The notes beneath the pieces were generated by a model. It saw nothing but the letters and a program-made list of their open reading frames with translations, was not told the origin of the DNA and ran no database searches. The translations under genes were made by a program, and so were the position numbers. From a virus (taxonomy: Duplodnaviria > Caudoviricetes), in IMG/VR virus record IMGVR_UViG_3300034069_002177, positions 32,001 through 96,000 of that record: a stretch of 64,000 nt of DNA; one strand, 5' to 3'. Shown piece after piece: positions 1 through 10,528 of the stretch (the first letter of the stretch is position 1; every line of letters starts with the position of its first letter).

Positions 1-372
1 AATCTTACCCCCAACACTTGGACGCTAATCAAGCAGACATCTACTACAGGATATGGCGTTCTCGGTGTCTCTCAAAATGGCAATGTATACGTCATCAACG
101 GAAGCAACAAGACTCCATTGTGGGTGGGCACAGTCACTTTCAACGGAAACATCTCCGCAACCAAGACCATCAAGTCCGGTAGTTTCAAGTTGCGCACTAC
201 TGGTCCTTCCGCCCCTCAAATCGCCCAAATGATGAGCGATAGTGGTTTTACGACAACTGATGCGCAGACAGCGGTCCGTAACAAGTAGTGATTGCCCTGC
301 ATTACCCGCATTTTTCACTTCTCGTCTCGTCCATCTGAGATAATGAAGCACATCCCTGCCAGGAAAGACCGA

Positions 373-2019
373 ATGAAGCAATCAGCTACCCACACGCCTA
401 AGACGCATCAGCGGAGGTTTATCGACATCCTCCGTGGTTTCATGCGCGATGATCGAGGTGACACGCCAATTCAGGTAATGATTGGTGCGTTCATCGCTAT
501 CCTTCTCATCGTCCCTTCGATGACGTTCTTTGTGAACTTCCTCGCTACCACTTCGGTTACTGCTGTAGATGCAGAACGTTCCAAGGATATGCGTGCGTGG
601 TCTATTGACGAGTTCGAAACAAAGCCTTGGGATGAGGTTCTTGCAACGTTCAAGTCCAACAAGATCGAGACCGGCGATGTCGCTACCAAGTTCAATTTCG
701 GTATCAAGTACGCTGTTGACAACGTAGATGCTTCCGGTGGATATGTCGTCAAGCTTGTTGCGCCTCAGGCAAACGTGGATAACGCTACTTGTAACGACCC
801 TCGCGCACACAAGACCAACGTTTGCTTGTACTACCAATACACCAAAACCCCTACACTTTCCGAAGGTCTTCCGCCAACGTGGAACGGCATGAACTACGGT
901 AACGCTGATCTTCAGCCCGCCAGCGGAACTACTTCTCCCGCTCTTGCTGTCACCACGAACCGCACCATCAACGTCGGTACCTTCAATGGCTGCTCGGCTC
1001 TCACCCCTGACAAAATGCGTATCTCCTTCAAGTGGGTAAGCACGAACGGTATCCGTCCTACTTCGGTCCAGCACTTGGTTATCGGCGGGAAACTCTATGA
1101 GACCATTCCGCTGTCGTCGTCCTCTTCCAGTAACACTCTCTGGTATGCAGCGACCATCAACAAGCCTCAGGCATCTACGTGTTACAGCGCAGAGCAGGTT
1201 CGTATTGTTGTTGACAATGGTGCCAAGGGTACACTGAGCGACCTTTACGTCTCGCCTCTTCTCAACCAGTGCACGGCTACCGCAACCGACTCGAACTCCT
1301 GTGTCGCTGCCGGTAACGACACTTCCGACGCCAACATCCCGAACATCGTCTCGAACCCTGTATGGGCAACTGACGGTCTTACGTGGTACTTCAGCTTCGA
1401 CAGCCCCCTCACGGGTACCGCTGTTTCCAAGTACCAGATTCGTGGTACGGGAACCGAGTCCTCTTGTAACACCAATGTCACCATCATCAACGAAGGTAAC
1501 GCCAGCAACGGCACAGACAACGTATTCAAAATCGGTAGCTTCAACAGCCTTGCCGATTTGAAGAAGGCGGCTTGTGATCGTTACTATGTCACGTCGCTCG
1601 GTACCAATGGCTACAACAGCGCCGAGGTCAACTTCACTTCCGCGAACATCACCAAGGTTGTCAATGTCGATGGTTCCGGTTCCTCTGCCGCTCCTGCTAC
1701 CCCCACCACTCCGGTTCTTTCTTCGACCGCAACTGGAACCAAGTGGTCGCTCAAGTTCAGCGAAGCCAACATCAGTACCATTGACCACTTCAACGTCACT
1801 GGTAAAGGCACCAACGCCAAGTGTGTGACGACTCAGCAGAGCGTCAACCCTGTGGCAACGAGCGGAAACATCTACTCGTTGGGTACATTTACCAATGAAG
1901 CCGCCATGCGTGCCGGTACATGTGATAGTTTCAAGGTTGTCGCCGTTGGAAACAACGGACAGACGAGCAACCCTGTGACATTCACCACTGCCAGTATCAC
2001 TAATGTCGAAAATCTCTAA
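373..2019 (+). CDS. pilin-leader (type IV/Tad-like) secreted adhesin-like protein with two FnIII-like Cys-containing C-terminal modules
   Basis: RBS AGGAAAG before ATG 373; RDDRG|DTPIQ followed by a hydrophobic helix; S/T/N-rich beta-type body; two similar ~95-aa C-terminal modules. Confidence 0.7.
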   Translation: MKQSATHTPKTHQRRFIDILRGFMRDDRGDTPIQVMIGAFIAILLIVPSMTFFVNFLATTSVTAVDAERSKDMRAWSIDEFETKPWDEVLATFKSNKIETGDVATKFNFGIKYAVDNVDASGGYVVKLVAPQANVDNATCNDPRAHKTNVCLYYQYTKTPTLSEGLPPTWNGMNYGNADLQPASGTTSPALAVTTNRTINVGTFNGCSALTPDKMRISFKWVSTNGIRPTSVQHLVIGGKLYETIPLSSSSSSNTLWYAATINKPQASTCYSAEQVRIVVDNGAKGTLSDLYVSPLLNQCTATATDSNSCVAAGNDTSDANIPNIVSNPVWATDGLTWYFSFDSPLTGTAVSKYQIRGTGTESSCNTNVTIINEGNASNGTDNVFKIGSFNSLADLKKAACDRYYVTSLGTNGYNSAEVNFTSANITKVVNVDGSGSSAAPATPTTPVLSSTATGTKWSLKFSEANISTIDHFNVTGKGTNAKCVTTQQSVNPVATSGNIYSLGTFTNEAAMRAGTCDSFKVVAVGNNGQTSNPVTFTTASITNVENL

Positions 2020-2034
2020 GGAAGGAGACGGACA

Positions 2035-4215
2035 ATGCTAATCAAACTCAACGATTCCATGCGCAAGTTCTGGCGCATGGACCGCTCTTCATGGGGAAAG
2101 TTCCTACGCGGAGATCGTGCGTCGATGACGCAGGTCATGCTCATCAGCTTGATGATTCCCACGACCATTGCGCTCATTGTCTCCACGGCATTGACTCAGT
2201 TGTTCGTGCAATACCAGGATAACCGCAAGACGAATATGACTTCGGCTACCCAGGTTGCTTCCGCGTACCTTCTGAATGACATCAACACTAAGTTGCCGTC
2301 ACGATACGCCGCAATGACTCCTGCCCAGCTAAAGGCTGAGACTGCTGAGACCATCTCGACCGTGAATGCGACCACCTATGCAAAAACGTTCAACGTTGAT
2401 GCCAACGGTTGGATTACGGCTACTTTCGCGGTCAACCTTACTGGTAGTCCCGGTGATCCAGGAACCTACTCTGTGCAGTACCGCCCTACTTCGGCAACTG
2501 TCTTCAAGGGTTTCGACCCGACTACCAAGCGTCCCCTCTGGTCTTTCACCAGCGGTTCGACTGATGCCACTAAGTCTTTGACTCCTCTCGGTCTTTATGA
2601 GCAGGTTCCGACCGTTTCATCTGTTGGCGATTACCCGACCATCAACCGTCCCGGTGTGAAGGCTTCGGCTCCGTTGAATCTTCGTATTCTGCGTTCCAAG
2701 CAGTTCGGTCAGGTTCTGGCATGGGACAAGCCCGCTAACGCCGCCGACTCGCTTCTCACCGGATACCGTGTTGACTCCACCAAGAACACGGCTTGCTACA
2801 ACCTCGCGCCAGAAACCGGTACGGACGTATACGCTGACGGTTATATTACGCTTACCAAGGATTACAATTCCACCGATGTCTCGTCATGGAAATGTGGTTC
2901 TTCTGATCCTACCAACCGTGTATCCGTTCGCGGTATTGGTATCGCCGGTACCGGTGTTGCCGCATTCGTTGACTTGAAGACTGTTGTCACCTATGACTTG
3001 GACAACCTCAAGCCTTCCGTTCCCGCTAACGTGACATATGCCAAGACTGGTGCAAGTGACGTTCTTAGTTGGGACAACCAGACCTGTAACTTCGGTTACA
3101 ACATCCAGTTCCGCGTCTCTAAGACCCGTCAAGCTAATGTCACTGGTAACTACGGAATTACTGCCGACTGGTCCAACTACGTTGCTTCCGGTGGTCGTTA
3201 CAGCTTCGTCATCCCTGCCACGAATGTCACCGCTGGTGGTACGAATGGTTGGAAGGTCGAGGCTCGCTGTCTCAACAATACTTTTGGTGCATCCGACAGT
3301 AGTGGTCTTTCCAACGAAGCTACAACTGTTTCGCCAATCACGACCACTCCTAATCTCGCTAATGCGAAAATTAGTGGAACGACCAACTTCGGTACCGCTT
3401 CATGGTCCGCAGTCACTAACTGTGTCGCACCCGCCGTCGCTCAGTACCGCGTTTCGTACACCTTGCAGAATGGCGTAGCTGCTGATGATGTCATCAAGGA
3501 CTGGGGTGTCAATTACACGTCCGTTGGTGTCACAAGTAAGATCGGTACCAAGGCTGCTGTCGAGGTAGATGCGCGATGTGCTGCTGCCAATGGTGGTTCG
3601 GCATTGTATGGTCCGACCGCGACCGATACTTCCGACCCGTGGCTTGCAGCAGTCGGTGCTCCTACCGGAACACTGTCATTGACTGACAATAACGTCAATG
3701 TCGTTACCTACAAGGGTATGACTTGTGCTGCTGGTTCTACCATTCAGTATTACGTCACTCAGACCGTGACCAACGGTAGTGCTTCGGCAACTGTTCTTCA
3801 GAACTGGGGTGCAGCCGGTACCGATACCGCAACCACATCTCAGGGTGGAAATCAAACAGTAACCGCCAAGGCTCGTTGTGCTGTTGGTACCGTCTACTCG
3901 GCAAATAGCGCTACGGCAACTACGTCATGGACACGACCGGTCAGCGCTCCCGCATGGACCAAATATCCTGGTCTTTCGGGCTACCGTACATTCTCGTGGG
4001 CAGCTAGCTGTTCCGCAGGAACCGTTCAGTACCAGTTTGATGTCTACATCCAAGGCGGTGCTAAGCACGTCACTGGTGGATGGAACGGAACGACCCAGAT
4101 TAACGATTCCAACTTCGGCGGTGTCGGTTGGGGTTCTTACGGTGGAACAATTCAAGCTCGTTGTAACGTGAGTGGTGTAGTATCACCTGCCATCGTCGGT
4201 TCATCGAACGGCTAA
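2035..4215 (+). CDS. pilin-leader adhesin-like protein with FnIII-like W..C/ARC repeats
   Basis: Strong RBS; RGDR|ASMTQ plus hydrophobic helix; repeated W-x3-C...V-x-ARC modules. Confidence 0.7.
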   Translation: MLIKLNDSMRKFWRMDRSSWGKFLRGDRASMTQVMLISLMIPTTIALIVSTALTQLFVQYQDNRKTNMTSATQVASAYLLNDINTKLPSRYAAMTPAQLKAETAETISTVNATTYAKTFNVDANGWITATFAVNLTGSPGDPGTYSVQYRPTSATVFKGFDPTTKRPLWSFTSGSTDATKSLTPLGLYEQVPTVSSVGDYPTINRPGVKASAPLNLRILRSKQFGQVLAWDKPANAADSLLTGYRVDSTKNTACYNLAPETGTDVYADGYITLTKDYNSTDVSSWKCGSSDPTNRVSVRGIGIAGTGVAAFVDLKTVVTYDLDNLKPSVPANVTYAKTGASDVLSWDNQTCNFGYNIQFRVSKTRQANVTGNYGITADWSNYVASGGRYSFVIPATNVTAGGTNGWKVEARCLNNTFGASDSSGLSNEATTVSPITTTPNLANAKISGTTNFGTASWSAVTNCVAPAVAQYRVSYTLQNGVAADDVIKDWGVNYTSVGVTSKIGTKAAVEVDARCAAANGGSALYGPTATDTSDPWLAAVGAPTGTLSLTDNNVNVVTYKGMTCAAGSTIQYYVTQTVTNGSASATVLQNWGAAGTDTATTSQGGNQTVTAKARCAVGTVYSANSATATTSWTRPVSAPAWTKYPGLSGYRTFSWAASCSAGTVQYQFDVYIQGGAKHVTGGWNGTTQINDSNFGGVGWGSYGGTIQARCNVSGVVSPAIVGSSNG

Positions 4216-4223
4216 TCAGAAAG

Positions 4224-4979
4224 ATGACAATGAAGAAAATCGCCAAAGTAGCTCCATTGATTGGGCTAGCTCTTGCTGGCTCCCTCCTGCTAGCTGGCTG
4301 TACCAACAATGACAACACTCCCAAGCCAAGCTCCACCACGGCGGCGGCTGTCGATAAGGCTGCCGTCACCGATACTAAGGCTCCAGTGGATAAGTCAGCA
4401 CTGAGCTTCGGCACCTCACCAAAAATTACGGTGGCACCTACGTGGTCGGCTGTAAAGGCGGTTCCTGCTGGTTGGGTCGCAACACCCACCGATGCTGCGG
4501 CAGAGGCTGATTCCAAGGCTCAGGGCTTCCCCATTCCTGCACAACCGTTCTTCAACAAGGCAAACACCGCCGAGGTGTCTGTCATTACCGGTTTCGACCC
4601 GACGACTGACACGGGTCGTGGTGAGCTTTATCTGTCGCAGGATTACCTTTACTCACAGTTTGATGGTGACGGCACGGCAGTGAAAATTTCTGAACCTCAG
4701 GTTGTGAAGTTGAAGACCGCAGATGGCACCATTGATGCATTCGGTGTGTACTTCGAAGGCAAAGACATCGCTCCCTTCAAGGGTGATGTCAAGGGCTTCC
4801 GTGTTGTTCGTGTATTCGACACCACGGTGCCAACCAACTTCAAGCAGGTTGCTGGTCAGACAAATCAGGTGAACGGTCTTCCTGTTCTCAGTCTCACCTA
4901 CGTGGCTCAGGCTGCTGACTTCAAGAAGATCTCCGAGGATGGCAGTCCTCTGGAACTCTTCACTGCTAACTTGAAGTAA
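4224..4979 (+). CDS. lipoprotein, unknown function
   Basis: Signal peptide with lipobox LLLAG-C. Confidence 0.75.
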   Translation: MTMKKIAKVAPLIGLALAGSLLLAGCTNNDNTPKPSSTTAAAVDKAAVTDTKAPVDKSALSFGTSPKITVAPTWSAVKAVPAGWVATPTDAAAEADSKAQGFPIPAQPFFNKANTAEVSVITGFDPTTDTGRGELYLSQDYLYSQFDGDGTAVKISEPQVVKLKTADGTIDAFGVYFEGKDIAPFKGDVKGFRVVRVFDTTVPTNFKQVAGQTNQVNGLPVLSLTYVAQAADFKKISEDGSPLELFTANLK

Positions 4980-4983
4980 GCGT

Positions 4984-6216
4984 TTAGCCTTTGGACTGTA
5001 ACCAGTTCAACACAATGCCCGTCGTCTTCGTGATGGCGGGCATTTCTGTGGAGTAGGCGTGAGTGAGTTGAAGCAGGTTCGGGTGGGTCAGGTCGAGGTT
5101 GGTAAGTTTCTTCGACTCGCGGATGCGGACAACGAGGTATCCGGCATCGAGAAACAGTTGCGTATTTAGGGTGTCCCTGGCGGCGTTCTTAGGGATTTTG
5201 TGGAAGCGTTGACCGTCATACTCGATAATGATTGGTCGGTCGTTGTAGGTACCAATGATGTCTACTTGGATGGGTTTGCTAGCACCGGGCACGGTTACTT
5301 TGTGGAGGTGATCGGTGTTGATGGTCTGGAAGTGTTTAGCGAACTCATCACGGAAGACTTCTTCGGCTTTAGAGGTGCCGGGTGAGGGGTTGCATTTGGG
5401 GCAGCCTGACGGATTCGTTTTGCTACTTCTGGCGTTAAGCGAAATTTTCCATTCGTGTGAGTTCTTGCAGATCCACCAATACTTGACGTGGGTGCCGAAC
5501 AAAACCTCTAATGGAGAGAGTTCGTTCTTGGGAGACCATTCGGGCACGAGATGCGGAAGTCTGGTTGCGATGTCGTTGAAACCAATAAGAAGTACGCGGT
5601 TGGAACAGGTAGGACACCGGTTGCCACCGATGGTTAGCGCATATACCATAGTCGTCCATTCATGCCCTAATTCGCATTCCCAAATAAACTTCTTGTTGCT
5701 ACCCCTAACAACTTCAGTTACCTTTGTGGTGTTCTTTGCTGACCAGAATTTAGCCACATCGGGGTCTGTTGTTGCTAGATCGTTGTAGCCAACGTAAGCA
5801 GACAAACCTCGGCAAACTCCGCATCCAGTTCCTTGCAACGCTCGGCTAGCAATGCAAGCGAAGTAGTCATGACCAACCTTGCAGTCCCACCACACCTTGA
5901 CCAATGAGCCAGGCTTTACTTGGGAGGGCAGAAGCTCATTTTTAGCCGACCAGTCTTTGGCAACGTCGGGGTAAAGAGTCTCTAAATCAGTTTCTCCAGG
6001 AATAACTCGATGACCGGAACAATAAGGGCAGCCGTTACCGAGGTGAATGCGATTAGCAATTTTGGCAGCCCATCGGTGACCTCGACCGCACTCCCAATTG
6101 ACAGTCCCTTTTGCTCCAATTCTAATTTCCAGCAAGGGCACTTCGTTATCTAGACGATACTGATCGACCAAATGGGCATGCTGAGTATTGATTCGACAGT
6201 AGTCAATTAGAAGCAC
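4984..6216 (-). CDS. zinc-ribbon repeat (DUF4379-like) protein with C-terminal Vsr/DUF559-like endonuclease
   Basis: Four W-x-C-x2/3-(G/S)H-x-(W/Y)...GCPxC repeats; C-terminal IEYDGxxFH...RD...GYLVVRIRE. Confidence 0.75.
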   Translation of the reverse strand: MLLIDYCRINTQHAHLVDQYRLDNEVPLLEIRIGAKGTVNWECGRGHRWAAKIANRIHLGNGCPYCSGHRVIPGETDLETLYPDVAKDWSAKNELLPSQVKPGSLVKVWWDCKVGHDYFACIASRALQGTGCGVCRGLSAYVGYNDLATTDPDVAKFWSAKNTTKVTEVVRGSNKKFIWECELGHEWTTMVYALTIGGNRCPTCSNRVLLIGFNDIATRLPHLVPEWSPKNELSPLEVLFGTHVKYWWICKNSHEWKISLNARSSKTNPSGCPKCNPSPGTSKAEEVFRDEFAKHFQTINTDHLHKVTVPGASKPIQVDIIGTYNDRPIIIEYDGQRFHKIPKNAARDTLNTQLFLDAGYLVVRIRESKKLTNLDLTHPNLLQLTHAYSTEMPAITKTTGIVLNWLQSKG

Positions 6217-6333
6217 GAGCGGTTTATACCACTCGAAGCTCCGATTTCGCTGTGAATGTCATCCGTGAACGATATAATCCAAGGGTAGCTATCTGTAGAT
6301 ACACCTTTGACCCATCCCAAAAGGAAAAACCAT

Positions 6334-9087
6334 ATGTTCACTGAACTTCGCAAGCGTCTTGTCTTTGCGCACCGCAATGATAGAGGTGAAAGTAGTATAA
6401 TGGTAATTATATCACAACAATTATCACTTCTCGTTTTGGCGGCACTTGCCGGACTTATGTTCATCCTTATTACCGGTGGCACCAAGATTCAAGCTGAAAA
6501 TTCGGCTCAAACGGAACTTCGTGTAGCCAACCGAGCATTCCTTTCCGATGTCGATAACGCATCAACTATCTTCGTTCAAGATGACACGAAGATGACTCTA
6601 TCGAGCACTAATTTCTTGAAAGACCCCACGGACGCAACGAAATACCTCTGTCGTTCAAGCTCGTGGTACATCGCCCCTGCTTCGGCTGATGTCAAGAAGG
6701 CTCGTAATGACAACACCTTGATGTCCCTCCACAACGACATCACAATTCACAAGACCGCTTCCTGCGCCAGCCCTGCTTCCTCTACGCAGGCTCGTACCGC
6801 AGTAACTGCAATTGCTCAGGATGCTACGTTCCTCTACAAGAACATTGCAGGCGTGCCGCTCAACTTCTCCAACGGTATTGTCACCAACTTCCAGAGCATT
6901 GACGCCAACAATGACGGCACCCTCTCGACCGCCGAGATCAACAACTTCCGTACCGCCAACAACGTTGACTCTTGGTACACCGATGATGAGGCAATGCGCG
7001 AGACTCCTAAGGTTATCGACGCGAAGATGACTGCTGTTCTCCCCATCACCGAGAACAACGTCGCAGAGTTCAAGGCAACTACCAACGATGCCGAGACCGA
7101 GCTTGTTGGTAATGACACCAACGTCACCGACCCTGGTGGAGAGCAGACTCGTTGGATTCCTAACGCTGTCAGCACCCCAATCCTCGCTCGTTCGACCACG
7201 ACCGGTCCTGTTGTCGGTGGCGTTCACGAAGGCATCCAGATTTCCTGGGCACCTCGTCCTGCCGCTGAGTGTGCCCCTACCCAGAAGCTCACTTACTCGT
7301 GGATTCTGACGAACCTCCGTACCAAGCATGTCTCTTCCGGTCAGACGACGGCGAACAATGTCACTGTTCAGACGAGCACTGGTCCTGCTGAAGTATGGAA
7401 CGGTGGAAAGTATTCTGCTTCTGTCGCTGCTCGTTGTAACGACATCGACGGTCAGAGCCCGACTACAACTGTTCCTTCTTATACCTTGCCACTTCCTGAT
7501 GTGCAGATTCATAACACTACTTCCAATGCTGCTGAAACCAGCACGGTTGTTTCTTGGGACAAGGCTTCCTCTGACCCCACGACGAAGTACACCGTCACCT
7601 ACACCCCTGCTAAGGTGTCCAATAGCTACAAGTTGGACAAGAGTGCTACCCCCGATGTGTACCGTTACTATTCGACAGCTAATGAGCCTACTGCGAACAT
7701 CTCAGGTGCTCCTACCTCCGCGTTGACGATTACTCACACAAAAAATAAGGTCACTCCTGGGTTCCCTGACATCTACTACGTCCGTGCGTCCACAACAGAT
7801 AGTCCGAACACTGGTGGTGACCGTTCCGCTGCCAACTACATCTACCGCTCGGATGAAACCGCCCACCCGAACATCAATGCCATTGATGCGAACAACGCTA
7901 CCTGGGTTGGTTCTGCCTGTGCTACTGGAAACACCAAGCTCTACCGCTCGGACGACTCCAATACTTACGGTGGTAAAAATACGACTGTGTTGACTGGTTC
8001 TAACGGTACCGGTGGCGCTACAGGTACCAACCGTAACTACGGAACCATCAATCAGGGTTCCAAGGTGTGGGTCCGTGTCGATCAGCGTTGTAAGACCATC
8101 TACACGGATGCTCCTACGAACAACCAGTCGGCTGCAAGTCTTAGCCCTTGGGGTGCAGATGAGACCGCTTCCTACGTTCGACCAATTAGCGTTCCCGCTC
8201 GTCCCACCAACCCTACTAACGTCTACGTTGGACACGGTAATGGTTCGAACGCTCAGACCGCATGGAACGCTGTTGCTTGCCCCACCGGCACCAACATCTC
8301 CTACGGTCACCGTTACGCTCGCGTGAACTCAAACAACGGTTCCTTCGGAGCTACTGAGATCACTGCTACCCGCCGTACGATTGCTCACAATGAAGGTCCG
8401 GGTGGCTTCTACGTCTGGGCTGTCTTTGCTAAGTGTTCTTCGAGTGCTTCTGGAACCAACTTGCATGCTCAGAGTGGCGACGCTTCGAACTCGTACTACA
8501 CGGACGTTCCCAACCCGACCCGTGCACCTGCTATCACGCGTAGCGTTGCCAGTACCCCAATCAACACTTCGGGTACCGTTTACGCCTCTGCGGGTGGTTG
8601 TGTCGCTAACACCGTCTGGTCTTGGAACAGCAACCCCGCTGGAACCTACAGCTACTCCACCAACGGAACTCGTACCTACTATGGTACCGGTCACTGCTTG
8701 GGTGCTAACGGTCGCACCTCGCCGGGTACGTCGTCTGACAACACCAACATCACGTGGTACACCCCAGCACCTAGCACTCCTGGTTCTGCTGGCGGAGTTT
8801 ACGTTATGACTTGTCAGAACGATGGAAGCCGCAGCGGATTCTCCGGTACTGCTAACTGGAGCGCATCGTCATACGCAACTAGCTACACCGTTACTATCTA
8901 CTACAAGAACCGCGCTGGTGGTACTTCAAGCCTGAGCTACACCACCTCGGGTACGAGTGAGTCGTTCGGTACCGGTTCTAGTGCTGGTGGTCCTAATGCG
9001 ACCGTTTCGGTTACTGCTCATGGTCCTGGTGGTACTTCTGGAACAGTTAGCAATTCACTAACTCTCATTGCCGGTGGTTGTCAGTAA
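6334..9087 (+). CDS. pilin-leader giant adhesin-like protein with FnIII-like repeats
   Basis: RBS AAGGAAA; RNDRG|ESSIM plus hydrophobic helix; ARC/QRC modules as in 2035..4215. Confidence 0.7.
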   Translation: MFTELRKRLVFAHRNDRGESSIMVIISQQLSLLVLAALAGLMFILITGGTKIQAENSAQTELRVANRAFLSDVDNASTIFVQDDTKMTLSSTNFLKDPTDATKYLCRSSSWYIAPASADVKKARNDNTLMSLHNDITIHKTASCASPASSTQARTAVTAIAQDATFLYKNIAGVPLNFSNGIVTNFQSIDANNDGTLSTAEINNFRTANNVDSWYTDDEAMRETPKVIDAKMTAVLPITENNVAEFKATTNDAETELVGNDTNVTDPGGEQTRWIPNAVSTPILARSTTTGPVVGGVHEGIQISWAPRPAAECAPTQKLTYSWILTNLRTKHVSSGQTTANNVTVQTSTGPAEVWNGGKYSASVAARCNDIDGQSPTTTVPSYTLPLPDVQIHNTTSNAAETSTVVSWDKASSDPTTKYTVTYTPAKVSNSYKLDKSATPDVYRYYSTANEPTANISGAPTSALTITHTKNKVTPGFPDIYYVRASTTDSPNTGGDRSAANYIYRSDETAHPNINAIDANNATWVGSACATGNTKLYRSDDSNTYGGKNTTVLTGSNGTGGATGTNRNYGTINQGSKVWVRVDQRCKTIYTDAPTNNQSAASLSPWGADETASYVRPISVPARPTNPTNVYVGHGNGSNAQTAWNAVACPTGTNISYGHRYARVNSNNGSFGATEITATRRTIAHNEGPGGFYVWAVFAKCSSSASGTNLHAQSGDASNSYYTDVPNPTRAPAITRSVASTPINTSGTVYASAGGCVANTVWSWNSNPAGTYSYSTNGTRTYYGTGHCLGANGRTSPGTSSDNTNITWYTPAPSTPGSAGGVYVMTCQNDGSRSGFSGTANWSASSYATSYTVTIYYKNRAGGTSSLSYTTSGTSESFGTGSSAGGPNATVSVTAHGPGGTSGTVSNSLTLIAGGCQ

Positions 9088-9095
9088 ATTGTCAA

Positions 9096-9136
9096 AATAA
9101 ACCGCCCCACGAGGTTGACTCGTGGGGCGGTTTATT
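9096..9136. terminator. bidirectional intrinsic terminator
   Basis: Perfect inverted repeat AATAAACCGCCCCACGAG/CTCGTGGGGCGGTTTATT between convergent genes. Confidence 0.85.
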
Positions 9137-9180
9137 GCTAGAGTTGTAGCAGGCGAGGGACCGCTTGGAACTGGTCCAGA

Positions 9181-9843
9181 CTAGCCGAAAGTTACAACTG
9201 CATAGTCACTGCTACCCTGGGTGTAAGCCTGCACTGCGGCGAGAGCAGCAGCCTCAGATCCGAAGCCATTGAGCGTTCCCGCATCGATAGAAGTCTCGGA
9301 AACGAACCAGCCATGACCAGCGGGCGAAGGTCCGCTGTAGACAGCAATGATGGTCTTGCCGGTCTTGTCCTCCTGGTCGGAAATTGACTGAAGGAAGCCG
9401 TCCACGTACTGACCGTTAGTGCTCATAGAAGCGGAACGGTAAGTGTTAGCGGCAGGAGCAATGGCGTTGGTCACAGCAGCCTGAACGGTTGCCGGAAGAG
9501 CGCCACCCTCGGGAATCTTGACGATGCTGCCGTCAGGCATGTGGTAGTTGCTCTTGTTGATCTGCTCCTGCTCCCAGACCGAAATCTCACCGTCGCCATC
9601 GAGGTCGCCGTCGAGCTTCTTCGGCGCAGCCGGAGCGGTGGACACCTCGGGGATGGAGATGACCTCGTTCGAAGTCTTGGTAGCTGCGTCGTGGTTCTGC
9701 GCCTTGATGATCTTGCTGGAACCCGCGACGTTGCTGATGCCGGTGTCGATGCTGTGGATTCCTACAACCGCGACAGACGCGATGAGTCCAGCACCGACGA
9801 TGCTGCTGAGTGCGGTAACGAAAATCTTCTTGTTCTTGTTCAC
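9181..9843 (-). CDS. secreted/membrane-anchored hypothetical protein
   Basis: N-terminal basic plus hydrophobic segment; DGDLDGDGE Ca-loop-like motif. Confidence 0.65.
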   Translation of the reverse strand: MNKNKKIFVTALSSIVGAGLIASVAVVGIHSIDTGISNVAGSSKIIKAQNHDAATKTSNEVISIPEVSTAPAAPKKLDGDLDGDGEISVWEQEQINKSNYHMPDGSIVKIPEGGALPATVQAAVTNAIAPAANTYRSASMSTNGQYVDGFLQSISDQEDKTGKTIIAVYSGPSPAGHGWFVSETSIDAGTLNGFGSEAAALAAVQAYTQGSSDYAVVTFG

Positions 9844-10163
9844 GGTGTGGACCCTTTCTCGGAGCCTGTCTACAAACCTTGTAGAACGTCTACAACTACT
9901 GTAACAAAGAGTTTGTAGGATGTCAACAACGAGTTTCCATTAATCTTTGTAGGGTCTGCACAAACCCCTTAGATCCCCGTGTTTATAAGGAAGTTGCTCA
10001 TACACTGACCCACCGACAAACGGCGTGTCGCGAGGAAATCAAACAAATTTGTAGAGATCCTCGAAAAAACGAAACGGCTAAAAACTGCGTGCTATCGTGT
10101 CACTTGTTCAGCACCACAGTGGGTGGTATGAATACCAACTACTACCTAGAAAGAGGAATCACA

Positions 10164-10430
10164 ATGGGTGCAATTCTCGGAGTCCTTTCAAGTCTGTCCT
10201 TCTTGGGCTACCCAATCATCGGTTTGGGTCTCGTCGCTATCATCCTTGGTGTCGTTCTCAACGTCGTACAGAAGCGTGTTGAAGCCGAAACTGACGAGGA
10301 TGACCCGGATGACGATCCCGATGTACGTCGCATCAGCGGCTTCCGTAAGCTCTCGCTTTGGGGCGGTCTGGTTCTCGCAATTCTTGGTGCTGTGTTCCTT
10401 AGTGCACCTCAGTGGGCAACCATTCTCTAA
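10164..10430 (+). CDS. small two-TM membrane protein
   Basis: RBS AGAGGA; two hydrophobic helices; followed by hairpin terminator. Confidence 0.65.
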   Translation: MGAILGVLSSLSFLGYPIIGLGLVAIILGVVLNVVQKRVEAETDEDDPDDDPDVRRISGFRKLSLWGGLVLAILGAVFLSAPQWATIL

Positions 10431-10528
10431 GCGTCAACTGCAACGTTTGTAACATCAAGTCAGGCTCTTACTTTTCGGTGAGAGCCTGACTTGTTTGTAT
10501 ATTCCCCACAATCGGCTATGCTGTCCGC

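Noticed and set aside
25-381. 118-aa minus-strand ORF at the window start
   Set aside because: No recognisable motif or clear RBS, and it overlaps the upstream region of the adhesin gene; cannot be supported
382-8809. Long minus-strand ORFs (382..1788, 6655..7512, 7702..8310) and similar ones at 26011..26865, 30396..31100 and 60344..61330
   Set aside because: Antisense shadows of real genes caused by C/T-ending codon bias
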